Source: Eledone cirrhosa (taxonomy: Eukaryota). Taken from it: a stretch of DNA of 64,000 nucleotides. The number at the start of each line of letters is the position of its first letter. Positions within the stretch are counted from its first letter, which is position 1. Positions 15,301 through 31,410 of this stretch are shown here, piece after piece. A program made the translations under genes and the position numbers. The DNA is taken from NCBI GenBank assembly GCA_964016885.1, contig OZ024748.1, forward strand, positions 25,420,001-25,484,000, read 5' to 3'. The notes under the pieces were generated by a model. The model was not told where the DNA came from and searched no databases. It saw only the letters and a program-made list of their open reading frames with translations.

Positions 15301-18300
15301 GCACCCATCTAGCTTCAACAACATTACAATATTCCCGCCAATAACAGCCAACATCACAGCATCCATGTAGCTTCAACAACATTACAATATTCCCGCCAAT
15401 AACAGCCTACATCACAGCACCCATGTAGCTTCAACAACATTACAATATTCCCGCCAATAACAGCCAAAATCACAGCACCCACGTAGCTTCAACAACATTA
15501 CAATATTCCCGCCAATAACAGCCAACATTGCAGCACCCATGTAGCTTCAACAACATTACAATATTCCCGCCAATAACAGCCAACATCACAGCACCCATGT
15601 AGCTTCAACAACATGACAATATTCCCGCCAATAACAGCCAACATCACAGCACCCATGTAGCTTCAACAACATTACAATATTCCCACCAATAACAGCCAAC
15701 ATCACAGCAACCATGTAGCTTCGACAACATTACAATATTCCCACCAATAACAGCCAACATCGCAGCACCCATGTAGCTTCAACAACATTACAATATTCCC
15801 GCCAATAACAGCGAACATTGCAGCATTCATGTAGCTTCAACAACATTACAATATTCCCGCCAATAACAGCCTACATCGCAGCACCCATGTAGCTTCAACA
15901 ACATTACAATATTCCCGCCAATAACAGCCAACATCACAGCACCCATGTAGCTTCAACAACATTACAATATTCCCGCCATTAACAGCCAACAACACAGCAC
16001 CCATGTAGCTTCAACAACAGTACAATATTCCCACCTATAACAGCCAACATTGCAGCACCCATGTAGCTTCAACAACATTACAATATTCCCGCCAATAACA
16101 GCCAACATCACAGCACCCATGTAGCTTCAACAACATTACAATATTCCCGCCAATAACAGCCAACATCACAGCACCCATGTAGCTTCAACAACATTACAAT
16201 ATTCCCACCAATAACAGCCAACATTGCAGCACCCATGTAGCTTCAACAACATTACGATATTCCCGCCAATAACAGCCAACATCACAGCACCCATGTAGCT
16301 TCAACAACATTACAATATTCCCGCCAATAACAGCCAACATCACAGCACCCATGTAGCTTCAACAACATTACAATATTCCCGCCAATAACAGCCAACATTG
16401 CAGCACCCATGTAGCTTCAACAACATTACAATATTCCCGCCAATAACAGCCAACATTGCAGCACCCATGTAGCTTCAACAACATTACAATATTCCCGCCA
16501 ATAACAGCCAACATCACAGCACCCATGTAGCTTAAACATCATTACAATATTCCCACCTATAACAGCCAACATCACAGCACCCATGTAGCTTCGACAACAT
16601 TACAATATTCCACCCAATAACAGCCAACATTGCAGCACCCATGTAGCCTCAACAACATAACAATATTCCCGCCAATAACAGCCAACATCACAGCACCCAT
16701 GTAGCTTCAACAACATTATAATATTCCCGCCAATAACAGCCAACATCACAGCACCCATGTAGCTTCAACAACATTACAATATTCCCGCCAATAACAGCCA
16801 ACATCACAGCACCCATGTAGCTTCAACAACATTACAATATTCCCGTCAATAACAGCCAACATTGCAGCACCCATGTAGCTTCAACAACATTACAATATTC
16901 CTACCTATAACAGCCAACATCACAGCACCCATGTAGCTTCAACAACATTACAATATTCCCGCCAATAACAGCCAACATCACAGCATCCATGTACCTTCAA
17001 CAACATTCCAATATTCCCGCCAATAACAGCCAACATCACAGCACCCATGTAGCTTCAACAACATTACAATATTCCCGCCAATAACAGCCAACATCACAGC
17101 ACCCGTGTAGCTTCAACAACATTACAATATTCCCGCCAATAACAGCCAACATTGCAGCACCCATGTAGCTTCAACAACATTACAATATTCCCGTCAATAA
17201 CAGCCAACATTGCAGCACCCATGTAGCTTCAACAACATTACAATTTTCCCGCCAATAACAGCCAACATCACAGCACCCATGTAGCTTCAACAACATTACA
17301 ATATTCCCGCCAATAACAGCCAACATTGCAGCATCCATGTACCTTCAACAACATTCCAATATTCCCGCCAATAGCAGCCAACATTGCAGCACCCATGTAC
17401 CTTCAACAACATTCCAATATTCCCGCCAATAACAGCCAACATCACAGCACCCATGTAGCTTCAACAACATTACAATATTCCCGCCAATAACAGCCAACAT
17501 CACAGCACCCGTGTAGCTTCAACAACATTACAATATTCCCGCCAATAACAGCCAACATTGCAGCACCCATGTAGCTTCAACAACATTACAATATTCCCGC
17601 CAATAACAGCCAACATTGCAGCATTCATGTAGCTTCAACAACATTACAATATTCCCGCCAATAACAGCCAACATCACAGCACCCATGTAGCTTCGACAAC
17701 ATTACAATATTCCCGCCAATAACAGCCAACATCGCAGCACCCATGTAGCTTCAACAACATTACAATATTCCCGCCAATAACAGCCAACATCACAGCACCC
17801 ATGTAGCTTCAACAACATTACAATATTCCCGCCATTAACAGCCAACAACACAGCACCCATGTAGCTTCAACAACATTACAATATTCCCACCTATAACAGC
17901 CAACATCACAACACCCATGTAGCTTCAACAACATTACAATATTCCCGCCAATAACAGCCAACATTGCAGCACCCATGTAGCTTCAACAACATTACAATAT
18001 TCCCGCCAATAACAGCCAACATCACAGGATCCATGTAGCTTCAACAACATTACAATTTTCCCGCCAATAACAGCCAACATCACAGCACCCATGTAGCTTC
18101 AACAACATTACAATATTCCCGCCAATAACAGCCAACATCACAGCACCCATGTAGCTTCAACAACATTACAATATTCCCGCCAATAACAGCCAACATCGCA
18201 GCACCCATCTAGCTTCAACAACATTACAATATTCCCGCCAATAACAGCCAACATCACAGCATCCATGTAGCTTCAACAACATTACAATATTCCCGCCAAT

Positions 18301-21300
18301 AACAGCCTACATCACAGCACCCATGTAGCTTCAACAACATTACAATATTCCCGCCAATAACAGCCAAAATCACAGCACCCATGTAGCTTCAACAACATTA
18401 CAATATTCCCGCCAATAACAGCCAACATTGCAGCACCCATGTAGCTTCAACAACATTACAATATTCCCGCCAATAACAGCCAACATCACAGCACCCATGT
18501 AGCTTCAACAACATGACAATATTCCCGCCAATAACAGCCAACATCACAGCACCCATGTAGCTTCAACAACATTACAATATTCCCACCAATAACAGCCAAC
18601 ATCACAGCAACCATGTAGCTTCGACAACATTACAATATTCCCACCAATAACAGCCAACATCGCAGCACCCATGTAGCTTCAACAACATTACAATATTCCC
18701 GCCAATAACAGCGAACATTGCAGCATTCATGTAGCTTCAACAACATTACAATATTCCCGCCAATAACAGCCTACATCGCAGCACCCATGTAGCTTCAACA
18801 ACATTACAATATTCCCGCCAATAACAGCCAACATCACAGCACCCATGTAGCTTCAACAACATTACAATATTCCCGCCATTAACAGCCAACAACACAGCAC
18901 CCATGTAGCTTCAACAACATTACAATATTCCCACCTATAACAGCCAACATTGCAGCACCCATGTAGCTTCAAGAACATTACAATATTCCCGCCAATAACA
19001 GCCAACATCACAGCACCCATGTAGCTTCAACAACATTACAATATTCCCGCCAATAACAGCCAACATCACAGCACCCGTGTAGCTTCAACAACATTACAAT
19101 ATTCCCGCCAATAACAGCCAACATTGCAGCACCCATGTAGCTTCAACAACATTACAATATTCCCGGCAATAACAGCCAACATCACAGCACCCATGTAGCT
19201 TCAACAACATTACAATTTTCCCGCCAATAACAGCCAACATTGCAGCATTCATGTAGCTTCAACAACATTACAATATTCCCTCCAATAACAGCCAACATTG
19301 CAGCACCCATGTAGCTTCAACAACATTACAATATTCCCGCCAATAACAGCCAACATCACAGCACCCATGTAGCTTCAACAACATTACAATATTCCCGCCA
19401 ATAACAGCCAACATCGCAGCACCCATGTAGCTTCGACAACATTACAATATTCCCGCCAATAACAGCCAACATCACAGCACCCATGTAGCTTCAACAACAT
19501 TACAATATTCCCGCCAATAACAGCCAACATCACAGCATCCATGTAGCTTCAACAACATTACAATATTCCCACCAATAACAGCCAACATTGCAGCACCCAT
19601 GTAGCTTCAACAACATTACAATATTCCCGCCAATAACAGCCAACATCACAGCACCCATGTAGCTTCAACAACATTACAATATTCCCGCCAATAACAGCCA
19701 ACATCACAGCATCCATGTAGCTTCAACAACATTACAATATTCCCCCCAATAACAGCCAACATTGCAGCACCCATGTAGCTTCGACAATATTACGATATTC
19801 CCGCCAATAACAGCCAACATCACAACACCCATGTAGCTTCAACAACATTACAATATTCCCGCCAATAACAGCCAACATCACAGCATCCATGTAGCTTCAA
19901 CAACATTACAACATTCCCGCCAATAACAGCCAAGATTGCAGCACCCATGTAGCTTCAACAACATTACAATATTCCCGCCAATAACAGCCAACATCACAGC
20001 ACCCATGTAGCTTCAACAACATTACGATATTCCCACCAATAACAGCCAACATTGCAGCACCCATGTAGCTTCAACAACATTACGATATTCCCGCCAATAA
20101 CAGCCAACATCACAGCACCCATGTAGCTTCAACAACATTACAATATTCCCGCCAATAACAGCCAACATCACAGCACCCATGTAGCTTCAACAACATTACA
20201 ATATTCCCACCAATAACAGCCAACATCACAGCACCCATGTAGCTTCAACAACATTACAATATTCCCGCCAATAACAGCCAACATCACAGCACCCATGTAG
20301 CTTCAACAACATTACAATATTCCCACCAATAACAGCCAACATTGCAGCACCCATGTAGCTTCAACAACATTACGATATTCCCGCCAATAACAGCCAACAT
20401 CACAGCACCCATGTAGCTTCAACAACATTACAATATTCCCGCCAATAACAGCCAACATCACAGCACCCATGTAGCTTCAACAACATTACAATATTCCCGC
20501 CAATAACAGCCAACATTGCAGCACCCATGTAGCTTCAACAACATTACAATATTCCCGCCAATAACAGCCAACATTGCAGCACCCATGTAGCTTCAACAAC
20601 ATTACAATATTCCCGCCAATAACAGCCAACATCACAGCACCCATGTAGCTTAAACATCATTACAATATTCCCACCTATAACAGCCAACATCACAGCACCC
20701 ATGTAGCTTCGACAACATTACAATATTCCACCCAATAACAGCCAACATTGCAGCACCCATGTAGCCTCAACAACATAACAATATTCCCGCCAATAACAGC
20801 CAACATCACAGCACCCATGTAGCTTCAACAACATTATAATATTCCCGCCAATAACAGCCAACATCACAGCACCCATGTAGCTTCAACAACATTACAATAT
20901 TCCCGCCAATAACAGCCAACATCACAGCACCCATGTAGCTTCAACAACATTACAATATTCCCGTCAATAACAGCCAACATTGCAGCACCCATGTAGCTTC
21001 AACAACATTACAATATTCCTACCTATAACAGCCAACATCACAGCACCCATGTAGCTTCAACAACATTACAATATTCCCGCCAATAACAGCCAACATCACA
21101 GCATCCATGTACCTTCAACAACATTCCAATATTCCCGCCAATAACAGCCAACATCACAGCACCCATGTAGCTTCAACAACATTACAATATTCCCGCCAAT
21201 AACAGCCAACATCACAGCACCCGTGTAGCTTCAACAACATTACAATATTCCCGCCAATAACAGCCAACATTGCAGCACCCATGTAGCTTCAACAACATTA

Positions 21301-24300
21301 CAATATTCCCGTCAATAACAGCCAACATTGCAGCACCCATGTAGCTTCAACAACATTACAATTTTCCCGCCAATAACAGCCAACATCACAGCACCCATGT
21401 AGCTTCAACAACATTACAATATTCCCGCCAATAACAGCCAACATTGCAGCATCCATGTACCTTCAACAACATTCCAATATTCCCGCCAATAGCAGCCAAC
21501 ATTGCAGCACCCATGTACCTTCAACAACATTCCAATATTCCCGCCAATAACAGCCAACATCACAGCACCCATGTAGCTTCAACAACATTACAATATTCCC
21601 GCCAATAACAGCCAACATCACAGCACCCGTGTAGCTTCAACAACATTACAATATTCCCGCCAATAACAGCCAACATTGCAGCACCCATGTAGCTTCAACA
21701 ACATTACAATATTCCCGCCAATAACAGCCAACATTGCAGCATTCATGTAGCTTCAACAACATTACAATATTCCCGCCAATAACAGCCAACATCACAGCAC
21801 CCATGTAGCTTCGACAACATTACAATATTCCCGCCAATAACAGCCAACATCGCAGCACCCATGTAGCTTCAACAACATTACAATATTCCCGCCAATAACA
21901 GCCAACATCACAGCACCCATGTAGCTTCAACAACATTACAATATTCCCGCCATTAACAGCCAACAACACAGCACCCATGTAGCTTCAACAACATTACAAT
22001 ATTCCCACCTATAACAGCCAACATCACAACACCCATGTAGCTTCAACAACATTACAATATTCCCGCCAATAACAGCCAACATTGCAGCACCCATGTAGCT
22101 TCAACAACATTACAATATTCCCGCCAATAACAGCCAACATCACAGGATCCATGTAGCTTCAACAACATTACAATTTTCCCGCCAATAACAGCCAACATCA
22201 CAGCACCCATGTAGCTTCAACAACATTACAATATTCCCGCCAATAACAGCCAACATCACAGCACCCATGTAGCTTCAACAACATTACAATATTCCCGCCA
22301 ATAACAGCCAACATCGCAGCACCCATCTAGCTTCAACAACATTACAATATTCCCGCCAATAACAGCCAACATCACAGCATCCATGTAGCTTCAACAACAT
22401 TACAATATTCCCGCCAATAACAGCCTACATCACAGCACCCATGTAGCTTCAACAACATTACAATATTCCCGCCAATAACAGCCAAAATCACAGCACCCAT
22501 GTAGCTTCAACAACATTACAATATTCCCACCAATAACAGCCAACATCACAGCAACCATGTAGCTTCGACAACATTACAATATTCCCACCAATAACAGCCA
22601 ACATCGCAGCACCCATGTAGCTTCAACAACATTACAATATTCCCGCCAATAACAGCGAACATTGCAGCATTCATGTAGCTTCAACAACATTACAATATTC
22701 CCGCCAATAACAGCCTACATCGCAGCACCCATGTAGCTTCAACAACATTACAATATTCCCGCCAATAACAGCCAACATCACAGCACCCATGTAGCTTCAA
22801 CAACATTACAATATTCCCGCCATTAACAGCCAACAACACAGCACCCATGTAGCTTCAACAACATTACAATATTCCCACCTATAACAGCCAACATTGCAGC
22901 ACCCATGTAGCTTCAAGAACATTACAATATTCCCGCCAATAACAGCCAACATCACAGCACCCATGTAGCTTCAACAACATTACAATATTCCCGCCAATAA
23001 CAGCCAACATCACAGCACCCGTGTAGCTTCAACAACATTACAATATTCCCGCCAATAACAGCCAACATTGCAGCACCCATGTAGCTTCAACAACATTACA
23101 ATATTCCCGGCAATAACAGCCAACATCACAGCACCCATGTAGCTTCAACAACATTACAATTTTCCCGCCAATAACAGCCAACATTGCAGCATTCATGTAG
23201 CTTCAACAACATTACAATATTCCCTCCAATAACAGCCAACATTGCAGCACCCATGTAGCTTCAACAACATTACAATATTCCCGCCAATAACAGCCAACAT
23301 CACAGCACCCATGTAGCTTCAACAACATTACAATATTCCCGCCAATAACAGCCAACATCGCAGCACCCATGTAGCTTCGACAACATTACAATATTCCCGC
23401 CAATAACAGCCAACATCACAGCACCCATGTAGCTTCAACAACATTACAATATTCCCGCCAATAACAGCCAACATCACAGCATCCATGTAGCTTCAACAAC
23501 ATTACAATATTCCCACCAATAACAGCCAACATTGCAGCACCCATGTAGCTTCAACAACATTACAATATTCCCGCCAATAACAGCCAACATCACAGCACCC
23601 ATGTAGCTTCAACAACATTACAATATTCCCGCCAATAACAGCCAACATCACAGCATCCATGTAGCTTCAACAACATTACAATATTCCCACCAATAACAGC
23701 CAACATTGCAGCACCCATGTAGCTTCGACAATATTACGATATTCCCGCCAATAACAGCCAACATCACAACACCCATGTAGCTTCAACAACATTACAATAT
23801 TCCCGCCAATAACAGCCAACATCACAGCATCCATGTAGCTTCAACAACATTACAACATTCCCGCCAATAACAGCCAAGATTGCAGCACCCATGTAGCTTC
23901 AACAACATTACAATATTCCCGCCAATAACAGCCAACATCACAGCACCCATGTAGCTTCAACAACATTACGATATTCCCACCAATAACAGCCAACATTGCA
24001 GCACCCATGTAGCTTCAACAACATTACGATATTCCCGCCAATAACACCCAACATCACAGCACCCATGTAGCTTCAACAACATTACAATATTCCCGCCAAT
24101 AACAGCCAACATCACAGCACCCATGTACCTTCAACAAAATTACAATATTCCCGCCAATAACAGCCAACATTGCAGCATCTATGTAGCTTCGACAGCATTA
24201 CAATATTCCCGCCAAATAACAGCCAACATCGCAGCACCCATGTAGCTACAACAACATTACAATATTCCCGCCAATAACAGCCAACATCACAGCATCCATG

Positions 24301-26632
24301 TAGCTTCAACAACATTACAATATTCCCGCCAATAACAGCCAACATTGCAGCACCCATGTAGCTTCAACAACATTACAATATTCCCGCCAACAACAGCCAC
24401 ATTGCAGCACCCATGTAGCTTCGACAACATTACAATATTCCCGCCAATAACAGCCAACATCACAGCACCCATGTATCTTCAACAACATTACAATATTCCC
24501 ACCAATAACAGCCAACATTGCAGCACCCATGTAGCTTCAACAACATTACGATATTCCCGCCAATAACAGCCAACATCACAGCACCCATGTAGCTTCAACA
24601 ACATTAAAATATTCCCTCCAATAACAGCCAACATCACAGCACCCATGTAGCTTCAACAACATTACAATATTCCCGCCAATAACAGCCAACATTACAGCAC
24701 CCATGTAGCTTCAACAACATTACAATATTCCCGCCAATAACAGCCAACATCGCAGCACCCATGTAGCTTCGACAACATTACAATATTCCCGCCAATAACA
24801 ACCAACATCGCAGCACCCATGTAGCTTCAACAACATTACAATATTCCGGCCAATAACAGCCAACATCACAGCACCCATGTAGCTTCGACAACATTACAAT
24901 ATTCTAGCCAATAACAGCCAACATCACAGCACCCATGTAGCTTCAACAACATTACAATATTCCCGCCAATAACAGCCAACATTGCAGCACCCATGTAGCT
25001 TCAACAACATTACAATATTCCCGCCAATAACAGCCAACATCACAGCACCCATGTAGCTTCAACAACATTACAATATTCCCGCCAATAACAGCCAACATCA
25101 CAGCACCCATGTAGCTTCAACAACATTACAATATTCCCGCCAATAACAGCCAACATCGCAGCACCCATGTAGCTTCGACAACATTACAATATTCCCGCCA
25201 ATAACAGCCAACATTGCAGCACCCATGTAGCTTCAACAACATTACAATATTCCCGCCAATAACAGCCAACATCACAGCACCCGTGTAGCTTCGACAACAT
25301 TACAATATTCCCGCCAATAACAGCCAACATCACAGCACCCATGTAGCTTCAACAACATTACAATATTCCCACCTATAACAGCCAACATCACAGCACCCAT
25401 GTAGCTTCAACAACATTACAATATTCCCGCCAATATCAGCCAACATTGCAGCACCCATGTAGCTTCAACAACATTACAATATTCCCGCCAATAACAGCCA
25501 ACATCACAGCACCCATGTAACTTCAACAACATTACAATATTCCAGCCAATAACAGCCAACATCACAGCACCCATGTAGCTTCAACAACATTACAATATTC
25601 CCGCCAATAACAGCCAACATCACAGCACCCATGTCGCTTCAACAACATTACAATATTCCCGCCAATAACAGCCAACATTGCAGCACCCATGTAGCTTCAA
25701 CAACATTACAATATTCCCGCCAATAACAGCCAACATCACAGCACCCATGTAGCTTCAACAACATTACAATATTCCCGCCAATAACAGCCAACATTGCAGC
25801 ACCCATGTAGCTTCAACAACATTATAATATTCCCGCCAATAACAGCCAACATCACAGCACCCATGTAGCTTCAACAACATTACAATATTCCCGCCAATAA
25901 CAGCCAACATTGCAGCACCCATGTAGCTTCAACAACATTACAATATTCCCGCCAATAACAGCCAACATCACAGCACCCATGTAGCTTCGACAACATTACA
26001 ATATTCCGCCAATAACAGCCAACATCGCAGCATCCATGTAGCTTCGACAACATTACAATATTCCCGCCAATAACAGCCAACATCGCAGCACCCATGTAGC
26101 TTCAACAACATTACAATATTCCCGCCAATAACAGCCAACATCACAGCACCCATGTAGCTTCAACAACATTACAATATTCCCACCAATAACAGCCAACATT
26201 GCAGCACCCATGTTAGCTTCAACAACATTACGATATTCCCGCCAATAACAGCCAACATTGCAGCACCCATGTAGCTTCGACAACATTACAATATTCCCGC
26301 CAATAACAGCCAACATCACAGCACCCATGTAGCTTCGACAACATTACAATATTCCCGCCAATAACAGCCAACATTCCAGCACCATGTAGCTTCAACAACA
26401 TTACAATATTCCCGCCAATAACAGCCAACATTGCAGCACCATGTAGCTTCAACAACATTACAATATTCCCGCCAATAACAGCCAACATTGCAGTACCACG
26501 TAGCTTCAACAACATTACAATATTCCCACCAATAACAGCCAACATTGCAGCACCATGTAGCTTCAACAACCTTACAATATTCCCGCCAATAACAGCCAAC
26601 ATTGCAGCACCATGTAGCTTCAACAACATTAC
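6395..26632. repeat. 58-bp tandem satellite, ~349 copies
   Basis: Consensus caatattcccgccaataacagccaacat(cac/tgc/cgc)agcacccatgtagcttcaacaacatta; 20238 bp / 58 is about 349. Confidence 0.99.
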
Positions 26633-27849
26633 TCTATAAAAATACAAACAAACTACATCCGACAGAAACTAAGAACTGTTTCTATTGCATTACGAATTAC
26701 GTCATTATTACTATCACACCTCCACACACTCTTCTAATACTAATATTCTAATACTAATATTCTTACATTGAATGGAACTTTTCTGTACTCGGCTATTGAT
26801 ATAGAGAATGCATACAAATAAACATAATTTATGTAAAAGATTTATATATGAAACAAAAGGGGGAAAGGGTGAGAGAAGACACGCACGCTCAATCACAGGC
26901 CTGAAGAGGCGCTGCAGTTTCCTTCTAATAATGTTTTAGACACGCCAGCATAATCTCAGCCAGCATTTCCTAGTGTGATGGCGAAACTAAGTCGCTGGAA
27001 TAACCAAGCACCATCGTATTGTCAGTGATCCAACTTCCCTACCATCACCACCACCAACAACACCAACACAACCATCACCACCAAACGTCTCGAATACTAC
27101 AGGATGAATAAAACTTGATCGAATCGATCGACAAGATCCCAGACCTCATTCGTTTACCGAACTCGTCAAACCGGACCAAAGAAACAATGTTTTCATTGAT
27201 CTTTCCAATGCTGATACTATCTACTGGTCGCAACTCCTGAATAAATCAAATTTGCTGTTAATTCCTGGTATATATATAGAGAGAACTTTCAGAAAGCTTC
27301 AGTCAAGCTTCCACCTCAGCAGAAGCATTTACAAGCTTTCATAATCCGAGTGCAGAAACACCTCGCGTCGTTTCACTGACGACAATGCAGCAAACTATCG
27401 ATTGCCTTTCTCGTGTTCATACGTCCAAAGAAACTATTGTTCCTGAATACATAATAAAAACGATGCTACTGTTCTCGAATACACAGTAACAACGATGGTA
27501 TTGTTCATAATCTAAAAAAAAAGAAACTGAATAAATAAAAATTTATTATAGGTGCGATGAAGTGTATTAATTATCGATGTTTTTTTTTTTCAATACCATC
27601 ACCTACTAGAGTGGATATCATAAATTTAAATTCATACAGTATGTAATAGACAGGGGCAAACACCTGGACTGTTGCTTCCATATATAATATTATCTGACTT
27701 GTTCATTCGTTTCATAATATAACGAGGTGTAGTGAGGAAGATTTGGGTGCTATTTCGAATCTGGATGGAGAGATCCACTGCTGTAAACTTCACACTGCTG
27801 CCTACATCACTAATGGAAAGGTGACAGCATCATGGCGTCAATACTGTAG

Positions 27850-29875
27850 ACATGACGTCTCTACTGGAAACGCGACACTGTATCGTGACATCACTACTGT
27901 AGATGTAACAGAGTATCATGAGGTCACTACTGTAGACGTAACACAGTATCATGACGTCACTACTGTAGATGTAACAGAGTATCATGAGGTCACTACTGTA
28001 GACGTAACACAGTATCATGAGGTCACTACTGTAGACGTAACACAGTATCATGAGGTCACTACTGTAGACGTAACACAGTATCATGAGGTCACTACTGTAG
28101 ACGTAACACAGTATCATGACGTCACTACTGTAGACGTAACACAGTATCATGACGTCACTACTGTAGCCGTAACACAGTATCATGATATCACTACTGTAGA
28201 CGTAACACAGTATCATGACGTCACTACTGTAGACGTAACACAGTATCATGAGGTCACTACTGTAGACGTAACAGAGTATCATGACGTCACTACTGTAGAC
28301 GTAACACAGTATCATGAGGTCACTACTGTAGACGTAACACAGTATCATGAGGTCACTACTGTAGACGTAACACAGTATCATGACGTCATTACTGTAGACG
28401 TAACACAGTATCATGACGTCACTACTGTAGAGGTAACACAGTATCATGACGTCACTACTGTAGACGTAACACAGTATCATGATGTCACTACTGTAGACGT
28501 AACACAGTATCATGATGTCACTACTGTAGAGGTAACACAGTATCATGACGTCACTACTGAAGACGTAACAGAGTATCATGACGTCACTACTGTAGACGTA
28601 ACACAGTATCATAACGTCACTACTGTAGACGTAACACAATATCATGATGTCACTACTGTAGACGTAACACCGTATCATGATATCACTACTGTAGACGTAA
28701 CACAGTATCATGAGGTCACTACTGTAGACGTAACATAGTATCATGACGTCTCTACTGTAGAGGTAACACAGTATCATGACGTCACTATTGTAGACGTAAC
28801 ACAGTATCATGATGTCACTACTGTAGACGTAACACAGTATCATGACGTCACTACTGTAGACGTAACAGAGTATCATGAGGTCACTACTGTAGACGTAACA
28901 TAGTATCATGACGTCACTACTGTAGACGTAACACAGTATCTTGATATCACTACTGTAGACGTAACACAGTATCATGACGTCACTACTGTAGACGTAACAC
29001 AGTATCATGACGTCACTACTGCAGAGGTAACACAGTATCATGACGTCACTACTGAAGACGTAACACAGTATCTTGATATCACTACTGTAGACGTAACACA
29101 GTATCATGACGTCACTACTGTAGACGTAACACAGTATCATGACGTCACTACTGTAGACGTGACACAGTATCATGATGTCACTACTGTAGACGTAACACAG
29201 TATCATGACGTCACTATTGTAGACGTAACACAGTATCATGATGTCACTACTGTAGACGTAACACAGGATCATGACGTCACTACTGTAGACGTAACACAGT
29301 ATCATGATGTCACTATTGTAGACGTAACACAGTATCATAACGTCACTACTGTAGACGTAACACAGTATCATGATGTCACTACTGTAGACGTAACAGAGTA
29401 TCATGATGTCACTACTGTAGACGTAACACAGTATCATGACGTCACTATTGTAGACGTAACACAGTATCATGATGTCACTACTGTAGACTAACAGCGTATC
29501 ATGATGACACTACTGTAGACGTAACACAGTATCATGACGTCACTATTGTAGACGTAACACAGTATCATGACGTCACTACTGCAGACGTAACACAGTATCA
29601 TGACGTCACTACTGTAGACGTAACACAGTATCATGACGTCACTACTGTAGACGTAACACAGTATCATGACGTCAGTACTGTAGACGTAACAATGTATCGT
29701 GACGTCAGTACTGTAGATGTAACAAAGTGTCATGACGTCACTACAACAGATGTAACACTGTATTATGACGTCACTACTCTAAACGGAATACTGTATCATG
29801 ACGTAACTATAGATGTGACTGAATCATAACGGCACTACTGTCTCATGACGTCACTACAGTATTATGACGTCACTG
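27850..29875. repeat. 33-bp minisatellite (~60 copies) containing TGACGTCA
   Basis: Consensus gtatcatgacgtcactactgtagacgtaacaca; units are degenerate at both edges. Confidence 0.97.
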
Positions 29876-29997
29876 TAGCATCACTGACGTATTCACTCAA
29901 TGATGTGATCCAGTGAATTAGTGAAGCTGTAAATGTCACGTCTGCTGGTAAATGACAATCTAGAAACATCTATGATTTCTTCACCGTATCATTGGTT

Positions 29998-30653
29998 TTC
30001 ATCATCTCCATCACCACCATCATCATCATCAACATCAGCACCACCATCATCATCATCACCAACACCACCACCGTCATCAACATCGTCACCACTACCATTA
30101 TCATCATTACCACCACCCCATCATAATCACGACCATCATCATTATCAACATCGTCACCACCACCACAACCATCGTCATAATCATCATCATCATCATCATC
30201 ATCACCACCCCACCCCATCATCAACAACATCGTCACCATCAACCTCCGCCACCACCACCACCCCCATCATGATAATCAACACCGTCACCACGATCACTAC
30301 TATCGTCACCATCATCACCATCATCGCCACGACCATCATCATCATCATCATCATGAAAACCGTCACCACCACCACCACCACCACTATCCTCACCACCCCA
30401 CCCCCATCATCACCACCCCATCATCATCATCATCAACATCACCACCTTCAACCTCACCACCATCAACATCATCATCAATATTGTCACCACAACCACCCTC
30501 ACCATCATCATCATCATCATCATCGCCATCATCATCATCGTCATTATCACCATCACCATCATCACCAGCACTACAGTCATCATCATTATGATCATAATCA
30601 TCATTATCATTGTCGTCGCCGCAGTTCTTGTCGTCGTCGTCGTCGTCGCCGCA

Positions 30654-30696
<43 letters not shown>

Positions 30697-30728
30697 CATT
30701 CGTCGTCGTCGTCGTCGTCGTCGCTGTA

Positions 30729-30800
<72 letters not shown>

Positions 30801-30827
30801 GTCGTCGTCGTCGCATTCGTCGTCGTT

Positions 30828-30871
<44 letters not shown>

Positions 30872-30875
30872 TGCA

Positions 30876-30910
<35 letters not shown>

Positions 30911-30923
30911 ATTCGTCGTCGTT

Positions 30924-30964
<41 letters not shown>

Positions 30965-30965
30965 A

Positions 30966-31001
<36 letters not shown>

Positions 31002-31100
31002 GTAGTCGTCGTCGTCGTCGTCGTCGTCGCCGCAGTCGTCGTCGTCGTCGTCGCCACCGCCGCAGTCGTCGTCGTCGTCGTCGTCGTCGCCGCAGTCGTG

Positions 31101-31186
<86 letters not shown>

Positions 31187-31187
31187 A

Positions 31188-31218
<31 letters not shown>

Positions 31219-31241
31219 CAGTCGTCGTCGTCGTCGCTGCA

Positions 31242-31273
<32 letters not shown>

Positions 31274-31277
31274 TGCA

Positions 31278-31346
<69 letters not shown>

Positions 31347-31410
31347 GTCGTCGTCGTCGCCGCAGTTCTTGTCGTCGTTGTCGTCGTCATCGCCGCACTT
31401 GTCATCGTCT
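29998..31410. repeat. (CAT/CAC)n tract grading into ~800 bp of interrupted (CGT)n
   Basis: Visible directly; the transition is at ~30610. Confidence 0.95.

Noticed and set aside
6395-26632. CRISPR-like array or coding repeat (ORFs such as MGAVMLAVIGG..)
   Set aside because: Head-to-tail monomers have no unique spacers. The unit length of 58 is not a multiple of 3, so ORFs arise only where variants remove stops.
26895-26998. Possible HHR (CTGAAGA ... GAAAC-taa-GTC)
   Set aside because: Core boxes are present, but stems I and II do not pair convincingly by eye.
27743-29470. 331-aa (+) and 546-aa (-) repeat proteins
   Set aside because: A 33-bp unit without stops is open by default. The plus frame is broken by TAG variants, and no non-repetitive domain or splice evidence was seen.
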